The notes: a model not told the origin generated them from the sequence alone. Counted from the first letter of the stretch, positions 37,697 to 46,481 are shown. The stretch is DNA of 49,524 bases from an archaeon (GCA_038046645.1 JBBSVU010000010.1:1-49524); one strand, 5' to 3'. Made by a program: numbers and translations.

Positions 37697-38105
37697 GCAA
37701 ATTATTGCCAAAGTAAATCCCGATAGAAATCAATCTTTCGAATTAATAAAACTTGCAGGGGAAAACTTGGTTGCAGCAGAGGATAATCTGAAAATGAAGC
37801 ATTTTGATTGGGGTCTTGCAATCGCATATAATGCAATGCTTTCTGCGGCCAGGGGTCTTATGGCATTGAAGGGTTATAGGGCATTTGCAGAACAGCATCA
37901 TTTGGCTGTGGTGCAGTTTTGTGCTGCAGTCATGCCTACAGAATCAACAATTTTAGTTGTAACATTTAACAGGTATAGAGTAAGAAGGCATAATGTGGTC
38001 TATGGGCAAAGGGAATCAGTTGGTGAAGACGAAGTAAAAAATGCAATTGATAGCGCAAAGAAATTTGTTGAAAAGATAAAAGAATTAGCAGAAAAAAATA
38101 AATAA
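37671..38105 (+). CDS. HEPN-domain protein (toxin partner)
   Basis: A..AY.AM..AARGL, H, RHNVVY (Rx4Y-type) motif; overlaps the MNT gene. Confidence 0.88.
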   Translation: MDLKELLNKQIIAKVNPDRNQSFELIKLAGENLVAAEDNLKMKHFDWGLAIAYNAMLSAARGLMALKGYRAFAEQHHLAVVQFCAAVMPTESTILVVTFNRYRVRRHNVVYGQRESVGEDEVKNAIDSAKKFVEKIKELAEKNK

Positions 38106-38192
38106 AATAATCAGAAAAAATAAAAAAAGAAAAGAGCAAAATGCCCTTCAGTTCAATTCAGTTATTTTCAGTATTGCGTATTTTTGTTTTTA

Positions 38193-38759
38193 TCAATAAA
38201 CTTCTTCTATTTCCAATATTAAATATGCCTTTTTTGGGTTTGCTACTTTAATCATAGTATAATTTTGAGCATTTATTGGGTTATTGTCATAGCAGATTGG
38301 GTCATAGACACATTGCTCAAAACCGTACTTATTTACATAACCCCATCCAAGCGCAACAGAGTATTCTGAATCACATCCAACCAAATTATTTTTCGTTGGC
38401 ACAGTAAAACTATGTGCTTTTATCCAAGTATAATTACCATTACTGCCCGAATAACCTCCATGCAAATACAGTTTTTTTTCAGGAGGTAATGTATGTGCAT
38501 TATTACTATATTGGGCAGCCCCTAACTTTTTGAATTTTATCTGTGGGACAATTTTGCCTATCTCTCCACAAGACAAGTCTACCTGGTTAAATAATATTTC
38601 CATTCCGCTCTTTAGTGTAACTTTACTCCCCACTGTAGGCAATTTCACATAATAATGTGAGGGTATTTTTACAGTCACTTTCTTATCCATCGGAGTAAAA
38701 GCACTCACCAATCCCATAACTAAAATCATTGCAAATAATATTCCAAGCAATTTTTTCAT
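38193..38759 (-). CDS. Secreted hypothetical protein (paralog 3)
   Basis: Signal peptide MKKLLGILFAMILVMGLVSA; YYVKL, LKSG; 4 Cys. Confidence 0.8.
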   Translation of the reverse strand: MKKLLGILFAMILVMGLVSAFTPMDKKVTVKIPSHYYVKLPTVGSKVTLKSGMEILFNQVDLSCGEIGKIVPQIKFKKLGAAQYSNNAHTLPPEKKLYLHGGYSGSNGNYTWIKAHSFTVPTKNNLVGCDSEYSVALGWGYVNKYGFEQCVYDPICYDNNPINAQNYTMIKVANPKKAYLILEIEEVY

Positions 38760-39278
38760 TTACCACACCTCTACTTTTAGTATTGCTTTATGTGCTGAAC
38801 TATCCCCTAACTTATCATAATCTATGTCTATTTTTTCTGCAGTTATTTTCATATGGTAATTTATGAACCAATAATAGCTTTTTGGAAAAGCCCAAGCAAG
38901 TAAATCAAAGTCTATGGTTTTATTTTCCAATACCTGCACAAAGCACATATTGATAGAGTCATAACCACAACTATAATGTGTTTTATATGGGTAAGGGTAG
39001 TATTTGTTTGTGTTGCCGTTGTATATCCTCAAATTAACTGCTTCATCCCCACAATCAGGGTTTGAACCATCAAAGCTGCAAACCTGTGAATTCCACCAAA
39101 TCAATCCAATTCCATTTGGTAAAACTTCTTTATCCATCATCCCATTAAACGCAACGTAATAAGTTTTATGTTTGAATACATTTGGGATGTTAATTTTATT
39201 CTTTATTATTGGCGGCAAAGCAAAAACCATTCCACACATTAAAACCAAAATTAAAGCAATTCCAAGAATTCTTTTCAT
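38760..39278 (-). CDS. Secreted hypothetical protein (paralog 2)
   Basis: Signal peptide MKRILGIALILVLMCGMVFA; YYVAF, LPNG. Confidence 0.8.
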   Translation of the reverse strand: MKRILGIALILVLMCGMVFALPPIIKNKINIPNVFKHKTYYVAFNGMMDKEVLPNGIGLIWWNSQVCSFDGSNPDCGDEAVNLRIYNGNTNKYYPYPYKTHYSCGYDSINMCFVQVLENKTIDFDLLAWAFPKSYYWFINYHMKITAEKIDIDYDKLGDSSAHKAILKVEVW

Positions 39279-39903
39279 TTTTTCACCTTTAGTTTAATTC
39301 TGTTATCTGTAAAATTGTGTAAACAGTCTCACTGTTGTATAGTATTGAGCTTCCTTGTTTAAAGTTATCTGAAGCTAAAACACTGCAAATATTGCCTTCT
39401 TTTGTTTGGTTTGAATAACCCTGATTCATGCTGTAAACACCCTCTAAAACAGAGTTGTATTTATCGCATTTTGAAAAATCTTTTGTGTAATCCAATCCAA
39501 ACTGCACAAGTTTCATTTTAAATTTCCCATACTGGCTATTGACAGTTTGTGTTTCATTTACCTTTAATTCAATCATTTTCCCAAGGGTTTGGCCGCAATC
39601 ATCTTCGTCCAAATCTTCATAGCATTTATTAGGCATGAAGAATTTTACGGTAAATTCATTAGCTGGAACATACCATAGTAATGAATCCAAGTAGATAACT
39701 CCGCCATTCTTTAAATGAGCATTATACCCTGAACCCGTCATTCCAATTTCAGTCCCTGCCAATTTCACATAATATGAACTTGCTGGATCATAGTTCTTCA
39801 ATGTTTTTGCAAATGAATATTGCATAGCTTTATTTTTAAGCGCAAAAGGGTCTAAAGCAAAAACCATTCCACACATTAAAACCAAAATTAAAGCAATTCC
39901 AAG
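39217..39903 (+). repeat. Identical 50-bp direct repeat (39217-39266 and 39854-39903) encoding signal peptides
   Basis: AAAGCAAAAACCATTCCACACATTAAAACCAAAATTAAAGCAATTCCAAG occurs twice. Confidence 0.9.
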
Positions 39904-39918
39904 TATTTTCTTCATCAA
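39289..39918 (-). CDS. Secreted hypothetical protein (paralog 1)
   Basis: Signal peptide MKKILGIALILVLMCGMVFA; YYVKL, LKNG; start probably 39915. Confidence 0.8.
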   Translation of the reverse strand: MMKKILGIALILVLMCGMVFALDPFALKNKAMQYSFAKTLKNYDPASSYYVKLAGTEIGMTGSGYNAHLKNGGVIYLDSLLWYVPANEFTVKFFMPNKCYEDLDEDDCGQTLGKMIELKVNETQTVNSQYGKFKMKLVQFGLDYTKDFSKCDKYNSVLEGVYSMNQGYSNQTKEGNICSVLASDNFKQGSSILYNSETVYTILQITELN

Positions 39919-39971
39919 ATCCTCTCCAATATTTATTATATTATTACTTTAAAAATAAAGAATAGGGAAAA

Positions 39972-40913
39972 TTATCTTCCCCGATATATAAATGCCCCTA
40001 AGATTAATAGGACAATTATTCCTGCAAATATGCCGCTTCCCAATACCGGAAAACCAGTTGGCGTTCCTGTACTTATGCTTCCAGCAGTGCTGCTAGCTTG
40101 TACTGCATTAGCATCCTGTGCCTGATTTGCAGAACTTAAATTTGCAGAATTCATCAAAAGCAAGGTTTTCTTTGACTTGAATTCACAGTAGCTTGGAACA
40201 TTATAAATCAACCAGGTTTTGTTCATGTCGCTTGACAAGTAAACAGTGAAATCCATTTTTGTGTTTGCAGGTATTGAGTAGCTGTCTGAGTATAATGTTA
40301 AACCAGCTCCACTTAATTTTACTGTTAGTCTGTCATCTAAAGTGTTATTTACTGATACCTTGAATGTGTTTGTCCCATTTGATAATTGTAATGTATTTGG
40401 AACATTCAATTCAAAGGTTTCACAGGCTTCGTCCATTGCTTCTGCCGTAGTTGGAACATCCTTGATTTCAACATTGAATTTCTTTGCTCCAATGTCATCA
40501 TATGTACAAGTCTGCCCGTTTAAGAAATGGCCCCTAATTTTCAAATATGCATCAAATACTCCGCTTGGTGAACTATCTAATGCTTCAACATTTACTTTTA
40601 CAGTTTTATCTTCGCTTGGGTTAATTATTTTATCCCAAAGATATGCGTTTACCATCAAACCATTAATCTCATCATAGGCTTCCGCCTTTTCTAAATAGAA
40701 TGGTTCTCCAGTAGCATTATGAACCAAAAAATTTACAACTGTTGATTTTTCCTTTTCAAGATAGACATTTTTTGTTTCTATCTGAATCAGGTTACAGTTA
40801 TTCTTTCCATCATATCCATAATTCAATTCTGCATGGGCAAATACTGAAAATAAAATAAAGAATACCCCTAACAGAATTACTGCCAAGCTTTTTCTTCCAA
40901 TTTTCACGGTCAT
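39972..40913 (-). CDS. Cell-surface protein (signal peptide, beta-rich domains, S/A/T linker, TGF-TM-RGR anchor)
   Basis: Signal peptide ending AHA; C-terminus TPTGFPVLGSGIFAGIIVLLILGAFIYRGR. Confidence 0.75.
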   Translation of the reverse strand: MTVKIGRKSLAVILLGVFFILFSVFAHAELNYGYDGKNNCNLIQIETKNVYLEKEKSTVVNFLVHNATGEPFYLEKAEAYDEINGLMVNAYLWDKIINPSEDKTVKVNVEALDSSPSGVFDAYLKIRGHFLNGQTCTYDDIGAKKFNVEIKDVPTTAEAMDEACETFELNVPNTLQLSNGTNTFKVSVNNTLDDRLTVKLSGAGLTLYSDSYSIPANTKMDFTVYLSSDMNKTWLIYNVPSYCEFKSKKTLLLMNSANLSSANQAQDANAVQASSTAGSISTGTPTGFPVLGSGIFAGIIVLLILGAFIYRGR

Positions 40914-41054
40914 ATACTAATTACTGTCACAGGTTATTTAAATACCTTTCCCTTTGTCACATTAAATAGTTATATCACAAATTAACCGAATTTGATGAAT
41001 AATATAATTCACTTAATAAGAAATTAACCTATGCTGCCAAATGCCCTTAAACCC

Positions 41055-41342
41055 TTATTCTTGGCCTTTTCTAGCAAAGATAGTTTCATAGTCTTCAAAG
41101 GTAACAAGCTTTATTGTATTTGTTTTTGTATCTACAAAATAAGTCAGTATAAAGTTACTGCCTATATGGGCCATTCTTTGCTTTTGCAGCGGAGCAGGCA
41201 TTTGCTTGAATTTGTAAGGATCTTTTATTATTTCTCTTAATATGTTCTCTATGGTTTTATGCAATCCAGTATTTTCCTTACTGGCTTTCTTTACCTTTTC
41301 AGCACACTCAGAACTGTATTGCAGATTGTACATACAAACCAT
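41055..41342 (-). CDS. RelE/ParE-family toxin
   Basis: ~92 aa; IIKDPYKFK.M..PL...RMAHIGSNFILTY pattern; downstream of an RHH gene. Confidence 0.75.
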   Translation of the reverse strand: MVCMYNLQYSSECAEKVKKASKENTGLHKTIENILREIIKDPYKFKQMPAPLQKQRMAHIGSNFILTYFVDTKTNTIKLVTFEDYETIFARKGQE

Positions 41343-41405
41343 TTTTGCCTATATGTTATTCAATAATATTCACTAATTAACGTTTATTATTTGTCTAATA
41401 TTATA

Positions 41406-41684
41406 TCAAATATATTTTCCCTTCTTTTCAATCCTCAAAGCATCTTTTATGAATTCAGGCTTTAATGCCAGATGCTCAACCGGATGCCAATTATTTTTAT
41501 TCATCCATTCTTCATCCTCGTCAGTGAATTCTTCCTTATCCACATACTTCTTCAATATGTCTAATTTGTTTATTTTCTCAAGCTCAAGTACCATTGCCTT
41601 TCTTGCAATTTCTGTCCATTTTATGTGAGGGTATTTTTTGATTCCTTTCTCCAATTCTCCGCTTACAGACATTGTGATATTCAT
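41406..41684 (-). CDS. RHH-type antitoxin
   Basis: MNITMSVSGEL...IKWTEIARKAM ribbon-helix-helix, acidic C-terminal half; AGGAG SD before ATG 41684. Confidence 0.7.
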   Translation of the reverse strand: MNITMSVSGELEKGIKKYPHIKWTEIARKAMVLELEKINKLDILKKYVDKEEFTDEDEEWMNKNNWHPVEHLALKPEFIKDALRIEKKGKYI

Positions 41685-41779
41685 AATCTCTCCTTTTTGC
41701 TTTTGATAAAATTCACATATATATGTGATTAACATATTTATATATTTTATGTTAATATCCGCGGAGAATTAGATCCAAA

Positions 41780-41947
41780 TTAAACATCAATTAACGCAAG
41801 TTGCCAGTAGCAAACAGAAAAAGTCATTACAAATCCTAAAGTAGTGAAAAATATGTTTGAGAAAACTGCCAAATTAAACTGGGAAAGAATCCCCATGCCC
41901 ATATGAATTATAACTGCCGCGAAAAAGGAAAGCCTTATTTTATGCAT
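41780..41947 (-). CDS. Small 2-TM membrane protein (not in ORF track)
   Basis: MHKIRLSFFAAVIIHMGMGILSQFNLAVFSNIFFTTLGFVMTFSVCYWQLALIDV; TAATG coupling to the upstream ORF. Confidence 0.55.
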   Translation of the reverse strand: MHKIRLSFFAAVIIHMGMGILSQFNLAVFSNIFFTTLGFVMTFSVCYWQLALIDV

Positions 41948-42315
41948 TATAAAAACCCCAAATTAAAAGCAATGTAAACTATAAGATATTGGGCAAGCAT
42001 CAATGGCACCATCTTATTTTTTAAGCTAGAAGTTTCTTCAGCAAAAACCAATAGCAAAAACCTTGTTGCATAGAAGATAAAAAGAAAGCTTCCTGATAGA
42101 AATGTCCAGCCAACAACAACACTAAATTCCGAGTAAGCCCATAGTTCAATAGCTATAACAAAAGTTGCAATAATAATTCTGGAAAAGTTGTTTTTGCTCA
42201 AGAAAAGCACACCAAAACATAGGAAAGCAAAGGAATAGTTCAGGTTCGCCAGAACCATGTTTATTATCCAGAAAATATCGAGGCTAAGTAAATGATAGAA
42301 AAAATCCAAGTACAT
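41947..42315 (-). CDS. Hypothetical membrane protein
   Basis: About four hydrophobic segments. Confidence 0.7.
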   Translation of the reverse strand: MYLDFFYHLLSLDIFWIINMVLANLNYSFAFLCFGVLFLSKNNFSRIIIATFVIAIELWAYSEFSVVVGWTFLSGSFLFIFYATRFLLLVFAEETSSLKNKMVPLMLAQYLIVYIAFNLGFL

Positions 42316-42443
42316 AAGTAAACTATGTTCGAGCTTACCGAAGCCTTAATCCCTTAAATTTAAGGTTTTTATATAAATCCACTGTTATTTATCATTTTTT
42401 AACTTAAGAAAGTTATATAAATAACCTTGAGCATTATTATTGT

Positions 42444-43100
42444 ATGTGGGTTGCTAAACTAAAAATAAATCATAAGGATTGCCCGATTGTTTCAAGGGCC
42501 AAAAAATTCAATTCTAATGTATTATCCCATCCTGGAAAATACTCCCAAGAAAATGGCCAGAGCAAAGTCAGGATGGAGTGCAAATTTTTAGGCAATGAAT
42601 CAGCAAGAAATGCCTATTATTCTGATTTAAAAAATGACCCAAAAGTCCTAAGCTTCAATTCTGAAAATGATTATTTTGTTTACGAATATAATTTAGGCCA
42701 GGAAGGAGAAATGACCAGCAAATATTTTACTTCGGATTTATCTTACACTAAGCCAACATTCAATTCAGCTGATAATAATGAATATTGGGAAGTATCCTCT
42801 TTTACCAAAGAATCATTGAAAAGGTTTTATGATTCTTTAACTGCGCACATGGATAAAGTAGATTTATTGCAATTATCAAGGAAAGATTCTTCAGCTAATC
42901 TATTTTGTGGTTCTCCTATTGACCTTTCTGGGCAGCAGAGAATTGCATTTGAATTAGCTTTGAAATATGGTTATTATAATTTTCCAAGACATGTGAATCT
43001 GGAATTTTTGGCTTCCCAGATGGGAATTTCAATTGCAACACTGCAGGAACATCTTAGAAAAGCAGAAGCAAAGATATTCTCTTCTGCAGTCTTATTCTAA
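42444..43100 (+). CDS. Bacterio-opsin-activator-type HTH_10 regulator
   Basis: LSGQQRIAFELALKYGYYNFPR..LA..MGIS.ATLQEHLRKAEAK; N-terminal HKDCP. Confidence 0.88.
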   Translation: MWVAKLKINHKDCPIVSRAKKFNSNVLSHPGKYSQENGQSKVRMECKFLGNESARNAYYSDLKNDPKVLSFNSENDYFVYEYNLGQEGEMTSKYFTSDLSYTKPTFNSADNNEYWEVSSFTKESLKRFYDSLTAHMDKVDLLQLSRKDSSANLFCGSPIDLSGQQRIAFELALKYGYYNFPRHVNLEFLASQMGISIATLQEHLRKAEAKIFSSAVLF

Positions 43101-43116
43101 ACTTTAAATTATCTAT

Positions 43117-43605
43117 TCAATTCTTTAATTCTCTAAAGTGCATGCGTGCCGTTATCCAATCAGAAATTGCTTTTTTTACAACGGCCGCATTATGTTTTCC
43201 TAATTCCTTTTCCACCTCTTCAGCCATGCTAGTTAAGAATAATCTGCAATCCAGTAATGGAAGTTTTTGTTCTCTTATAACTCCTTCAGCAATTCTGTGG
43301 ATAACTTTTCTCTCAGTTTTACTATTTATTCCTGCAATATTTAGCAACATTTCAACAGACCACTGATTTCTTTCTAAAATCAAATGATTCAATGCAGGAT
43401 TATGTCCAGCCATTCGATATACCTGTACCTCTCCAAGGCGGCCTAGTCCAAGTTTTTCTAATCCTTTTCTATATCTTGCATCTAACCCCGAGCTCAATCT
43501 TGCAACCTCTGCCATATGGTGAAAATGGGTGTGGCTAGATAAGTCTAATTCCTTAATTTTAACACGTCTTCTTGCAGGCAATAAATATCTTCTTTTTGGT
43601 CTCAT
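43117..43605 (-). CDS. Arg-rich hypothetical protein (paralog B)
   Basis: Shares RP.R.RY.L, FHH.AE..R and IAGI with the neighbouring ORF. Confidence 0.75.
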   Translation of the reverse strand: MRPKRRYLLPARRRVKIKELDLSSHTHFHHMAEVARLSSGLDARYRKGLEKLGLGRLGEVQVYRMAGHNPALNHLILERNQWSVEMLLNIAGINSKTERKVIHRIAEGVIREQKLPLLDCRLFLTSMAEEVEKELGKHNAAVVKKAISDWITARMHFRELKN

Positions 43606-43628
43606 AAAAATCACAAAAATTCACAATA

Positions 43629-44093
43629 CTATACTGTTGCCTTAAAATCCTCAAAAGCCAGATGGATTCTTTTTTCATTTTGTTCGGTTAATAATCCTTT
43701 TTTTCGTAGCGCTTCTATTAATTGATTTAAGTATGTTTCAGATAATGGTCTTGGAGAACTATCTCTATTAATTTCTCTCCAAGTTTCTAGCATTGTTTCT
43801 TTTCTTCTAATTCCTGCAATATCCAAAACTAACCCAATTAATTCTTCGTTTTGTTTATTTAAAAAGGCCCTCATTCTTTCCCTTGCCTCAGTATCTCTCC
43901 TAATATCTCTTTTTGTTTGTAAATCATCAATGGCTTTTGTATAAGTATCTTCTATTAATCGTCTTCTTCTTGTAATCTCTGCCAAATGGTGAAAGTATCG
44001 TAAGTCGCGTATTGGATTTGGTTTTTTTCTTACCGCTCTTTTATTTGGGGATAAAATATATCTAATTCTTCTAGGGCGGTTCATATTAATCAT
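43629..44093 (-). CDS. Arg-rich hypothetical protein (paralog A)
   Basis: RPRRIRYIL, FHHLAEITR, LDIAGI; 17 bp downstream of rtcB. Confidence 0.75.
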   Translation of the reverse strand: MINMNRPRRIRYILSPNKRAVRKKPNPIRDLRYFHHLAEITRRRRLIEDTYTKAIDDLQTKRDIRRDTEARERMRAFLNKQNEELIGLVLDIAGIRRKETMLETWREINRDSSPRPLSETYLNQLIEALRKKGLLTEQNEKRIHLAFEDFKATV

Positions 44094-44110
44094 TTATCAC
44101 AATGTCATTT

Positions 44111-45955
44111 TTAACCTTTTACACAGATTAAAGGCTTCATTTCTACAACTTTTTTAGCTATTCCTGCATTATGTGTTACATCAATTACTGAGTAAATATT
44201 CTTGTATGCATCAGGCGCTTCCTCAGCCAATCCTTTCAGGGAATGGCCCTTAATTATGATGCCTTTTTTGCTTAGTTCACTTACAAGGGTTTCACCCCTG
44301 AAACTCTTTATTGCCTGATTCCTAGACATTACCCTGCCAGCACCATGTACAGTGCTCCCAAATGTTTCTTTCATGCCTTTTTCTGTGCCTGCTAGAATGT
44401 ATGAAGCAGTGCCCATTGTTCCGCCTACAATAATCGGCTGGCCTGATGATTTATAGGCTTTTGGAATGCCTTCACAATTAGGCCCAAAGCCACGAGTGCT
44501 GCCTTTTCTGTGCACCAAAACCTTTTTCATTTTTCCATCAATTTCATGCTCCTCAATTTTAGCAGTATTATGCCCGACATCATACAATTGCCTTATCTCT
44601 TTCTCATCAACCCCAAATGTTTTTGAAAAACACTGCCTTGTTAAATGTGCAATAACCTGTCGGTTTGCAAATGCACAATTTGTTCCTGCATTTACTGCTG
44701 AAAAATATTTCTTTCCTTCCTCGCTTTGAATCGGCGCTCCTACAAGTTCTTTATCCTTAATTTGAATATTATATTTCCTTGTTGCATCTTCCAATTCACT
44801 TAAATAATCTGTTCCAATCTGATGCCCTAATCCGCGAGAACCGCAATGTATGCTGATAAGAATTTGATCTTCTTCTAAGCCATAATTTTTTGCAATTTTT
44901 TCATCAAAAATCTTGCTCACATATTGCACTTCAAGGTAATGATTTCCAGAACCCAAAGTCCCAACTTCTTTGTACTGCCTTTCCTTGGCTTTTCTGCTTA
45001 CTGCCTTTGGATCTGCTCCCTCAGCAACGCCATTTAATTCAGTAAATTCTAAATCCTCTTTCAGTCCAAATCCGCGTTTTATAGCATATTCAGAACCTTT
45101 CTCTAATACCTCATCAATCTCATCAATGCCTAAAGCAAGCTGCCCTCTTGAACCCAATCCTGCTGGAACTTTGTTATATAGAAGTTGGGCTAATTCTTCC
45201 TGCTTTTTCAGAATGTCCTTTTTCACTAGCGAAGTTTTTAATGTTCGTACTCCGCAATTTGAAACAACAAATCCATTTGCAATAAAATTGTGGGTTTTTG
45301 GTATTGTAAAATCAAATACCCGTCCCTTAAATTTTATTTTTTTAACAATATCTATTTTTTCCCATTCTATTTTTGTGTTATTAATAATAGCAACCTCGAT
45401 GTTTTCTCTTAGGTTCTTTATTTGTAGCATTCCTTTTTTAGTTAAAAAGGGGTGATCCTCAGTTGCCTTTATTTTATTTCCATTTTCCGTAATAATTTCC
45501 ATCAAACTATTAGCAGGTCTATCCATAAAAAATAGTGGATTTACCATTTTTACTTGAGTTCCATCAATTGTACCTACAAGGTGCTTACCAAATTCGAATT
45601 CGGATATTTTAATCTGGTCTTCATTAGTAATTATTTTTGTATCTCTAGGAAGGCAATTAATATCAAAACCGATTGAACCAAAGGTAATTATCCCTTCCTG
45701 CAAATCCATTGCACATACTCCGCCAATTGGACTGCCATACCCAGGGTGGCAATCCGCAAGGGCAATTGCGTATTTCTGAATCCCCGGTAAGCATGCAACA
45801 TTCCTTAATTGTTTTAATGTTGACCAATCAATTCTTTCTTCATCCTGCAAAATTTTCATGTATTTTTCATCTGTGTAAACCCTAGCAGGAACTTTCATAT
45901 CATTTTCTTTTGGAAATTCCCAGACAAATTCTTCAATCTTTTTTGGTTCAACCAT
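44111..45955 (-). CDS. rtcB: RNA-splicing ligase RtcB, intein-containing
   Basis: DCHPGYGSPIGGV, GFDIN|CGVR, GTLGSGNHYLE, HCGSRGLGHQI, HNTAK, HRKG, HGAGR, EEAP. Confidence 0.97.
   Translation of the reverse strand: MVEPKKIEEFVWEFPKENDMKVPARVYTDEKYMKILQDEERIDWSTLKQLRNVACLPGIQKYAIALADCHPGYGSPIGGVCAMDLQEGIITFGSIGFDINCLPRDTKIITNEDQIKISEFEFGKHLVGTIDGTQVKMVNPLFFMDRPANSLMEIITENGNKIKATEDHPFLTKKGMLQIKNLRENIEVAIINNTKIEWEKIDIVKKIKFKGRVFDFTIPKTHNFIANGFVVSNCGVRTLKTSLVKKDILKKQEELAQLLYNKVPAGLGSRGQLALGIDEIDEVLEKGSEYAIKRGFGLKEDLEFTELNGVAEGADPKAVSRKAKERQYKEVGTLGSGNHYLEVQYVSKIFDEKIAKNYGLEEDQILISIHCGSRGLGHQIGTDYLSELEDATRKYNIQIKDKELVGAPIQSEEGKKYFSAVNAGTNCAFANRQVIAHLTRQCFSKTFGVDEKEIRQLYDVGHNTAKIEEHEIDGKMKKVLVHRKGSTRGFGPNCEGIPKAYKSSGQPIIVGGTMGTASYILAGTEKGMKETFGSTVHGAGRVMSRNQAIKSFRGETLVSELSKKGIIIKGHSLKGLAEEAPDAYKNIYSVIDVTHNAGIAKKVVEMKPLICVKG
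45257..45655 (-). mobile_element. 133-aa mini-intein (no homing endonuclease) in RtcB
   Basis: Block A CLPRDT, block B ATEDHPF, block F VFDFTIPKTHNFIANG, block G VVSN|C. Confidence 0.95.
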
Positions 45956-45979
45956 GCGATCAACTATTTCATAAATTTT

Positions 45980-46426
45980 TTAAACATCAACAACACATTG
46001 TGCAATGCAAATATTTCCCTGTTTTTCAACCTTCAACCCAGAATATGTTGCCGCTTTTACTTCAGTATTCAATATGTGCTTTTTCTCATTTAATTTTTCG
46101 CCGAATGCTGTTGCAGTCAGGGAAAAAGTATTTTTCCTTTCACTAATATCTTTTATTTTGAATTCCTTGAACAAAAACTGCTTTGCATCTGATAAATACA
46201 ATAATTCATTCAGCCATTTCACAAATAATTTTTCCAAAGAATTCTCTTCTATCCTGATCTCAAACTTATCTTTTTTCTGCACAGTCTCAAGCTCAACCAT
46301 TATTGAAAACATTGCTTTTGCTGCTTCTTGGAATGCTTCCTCAAATGAATTTCCATAACCTCTAATTCCCATATCTGCCTTATGCTCCAAAAGCCCAAAA
46401 TAAGGTTTTATCTTTTTGTTTCGCAT
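45980..46426 (-). CDS. Archease
   Basis: LEHKADMG, WLNELLY, EVKAATY, VVDV; adjacent to rtcB. Confidence 0.96.
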   Translation of the reverse strand: MRNKKIKPYFGLLEHKADMGIRGYGNSFEEAFQEAAKAMFSIMVELETVQKKDKFEIRIEENSLEKLFVKWLNELLYLSDAKQFLFKEFKIKDISERKNTFSLTATAFGEKLNEKKHILNTEVKAATYSGLKVEKQGNICIAQCVVDV

Positions 46427-46481
46427 ATTTATCCAAGGTTTTTTTATTTTAATTTTTTTGCTAATTATCTAGAAATAAAAA

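Noticed and set aside
38167..38176. TTTCAGTATT near here matches part of the predicted TnpB guide
   Set aside because: A 10-nt match in AT-rich DNA is expected by chance
38193..39918. Diversity-generating retroelement targets
   Set aside because: No reverse transcriptase and no TR/VR pair with adenine-specific mismatches; the only repeat is at the 5' end and is identical
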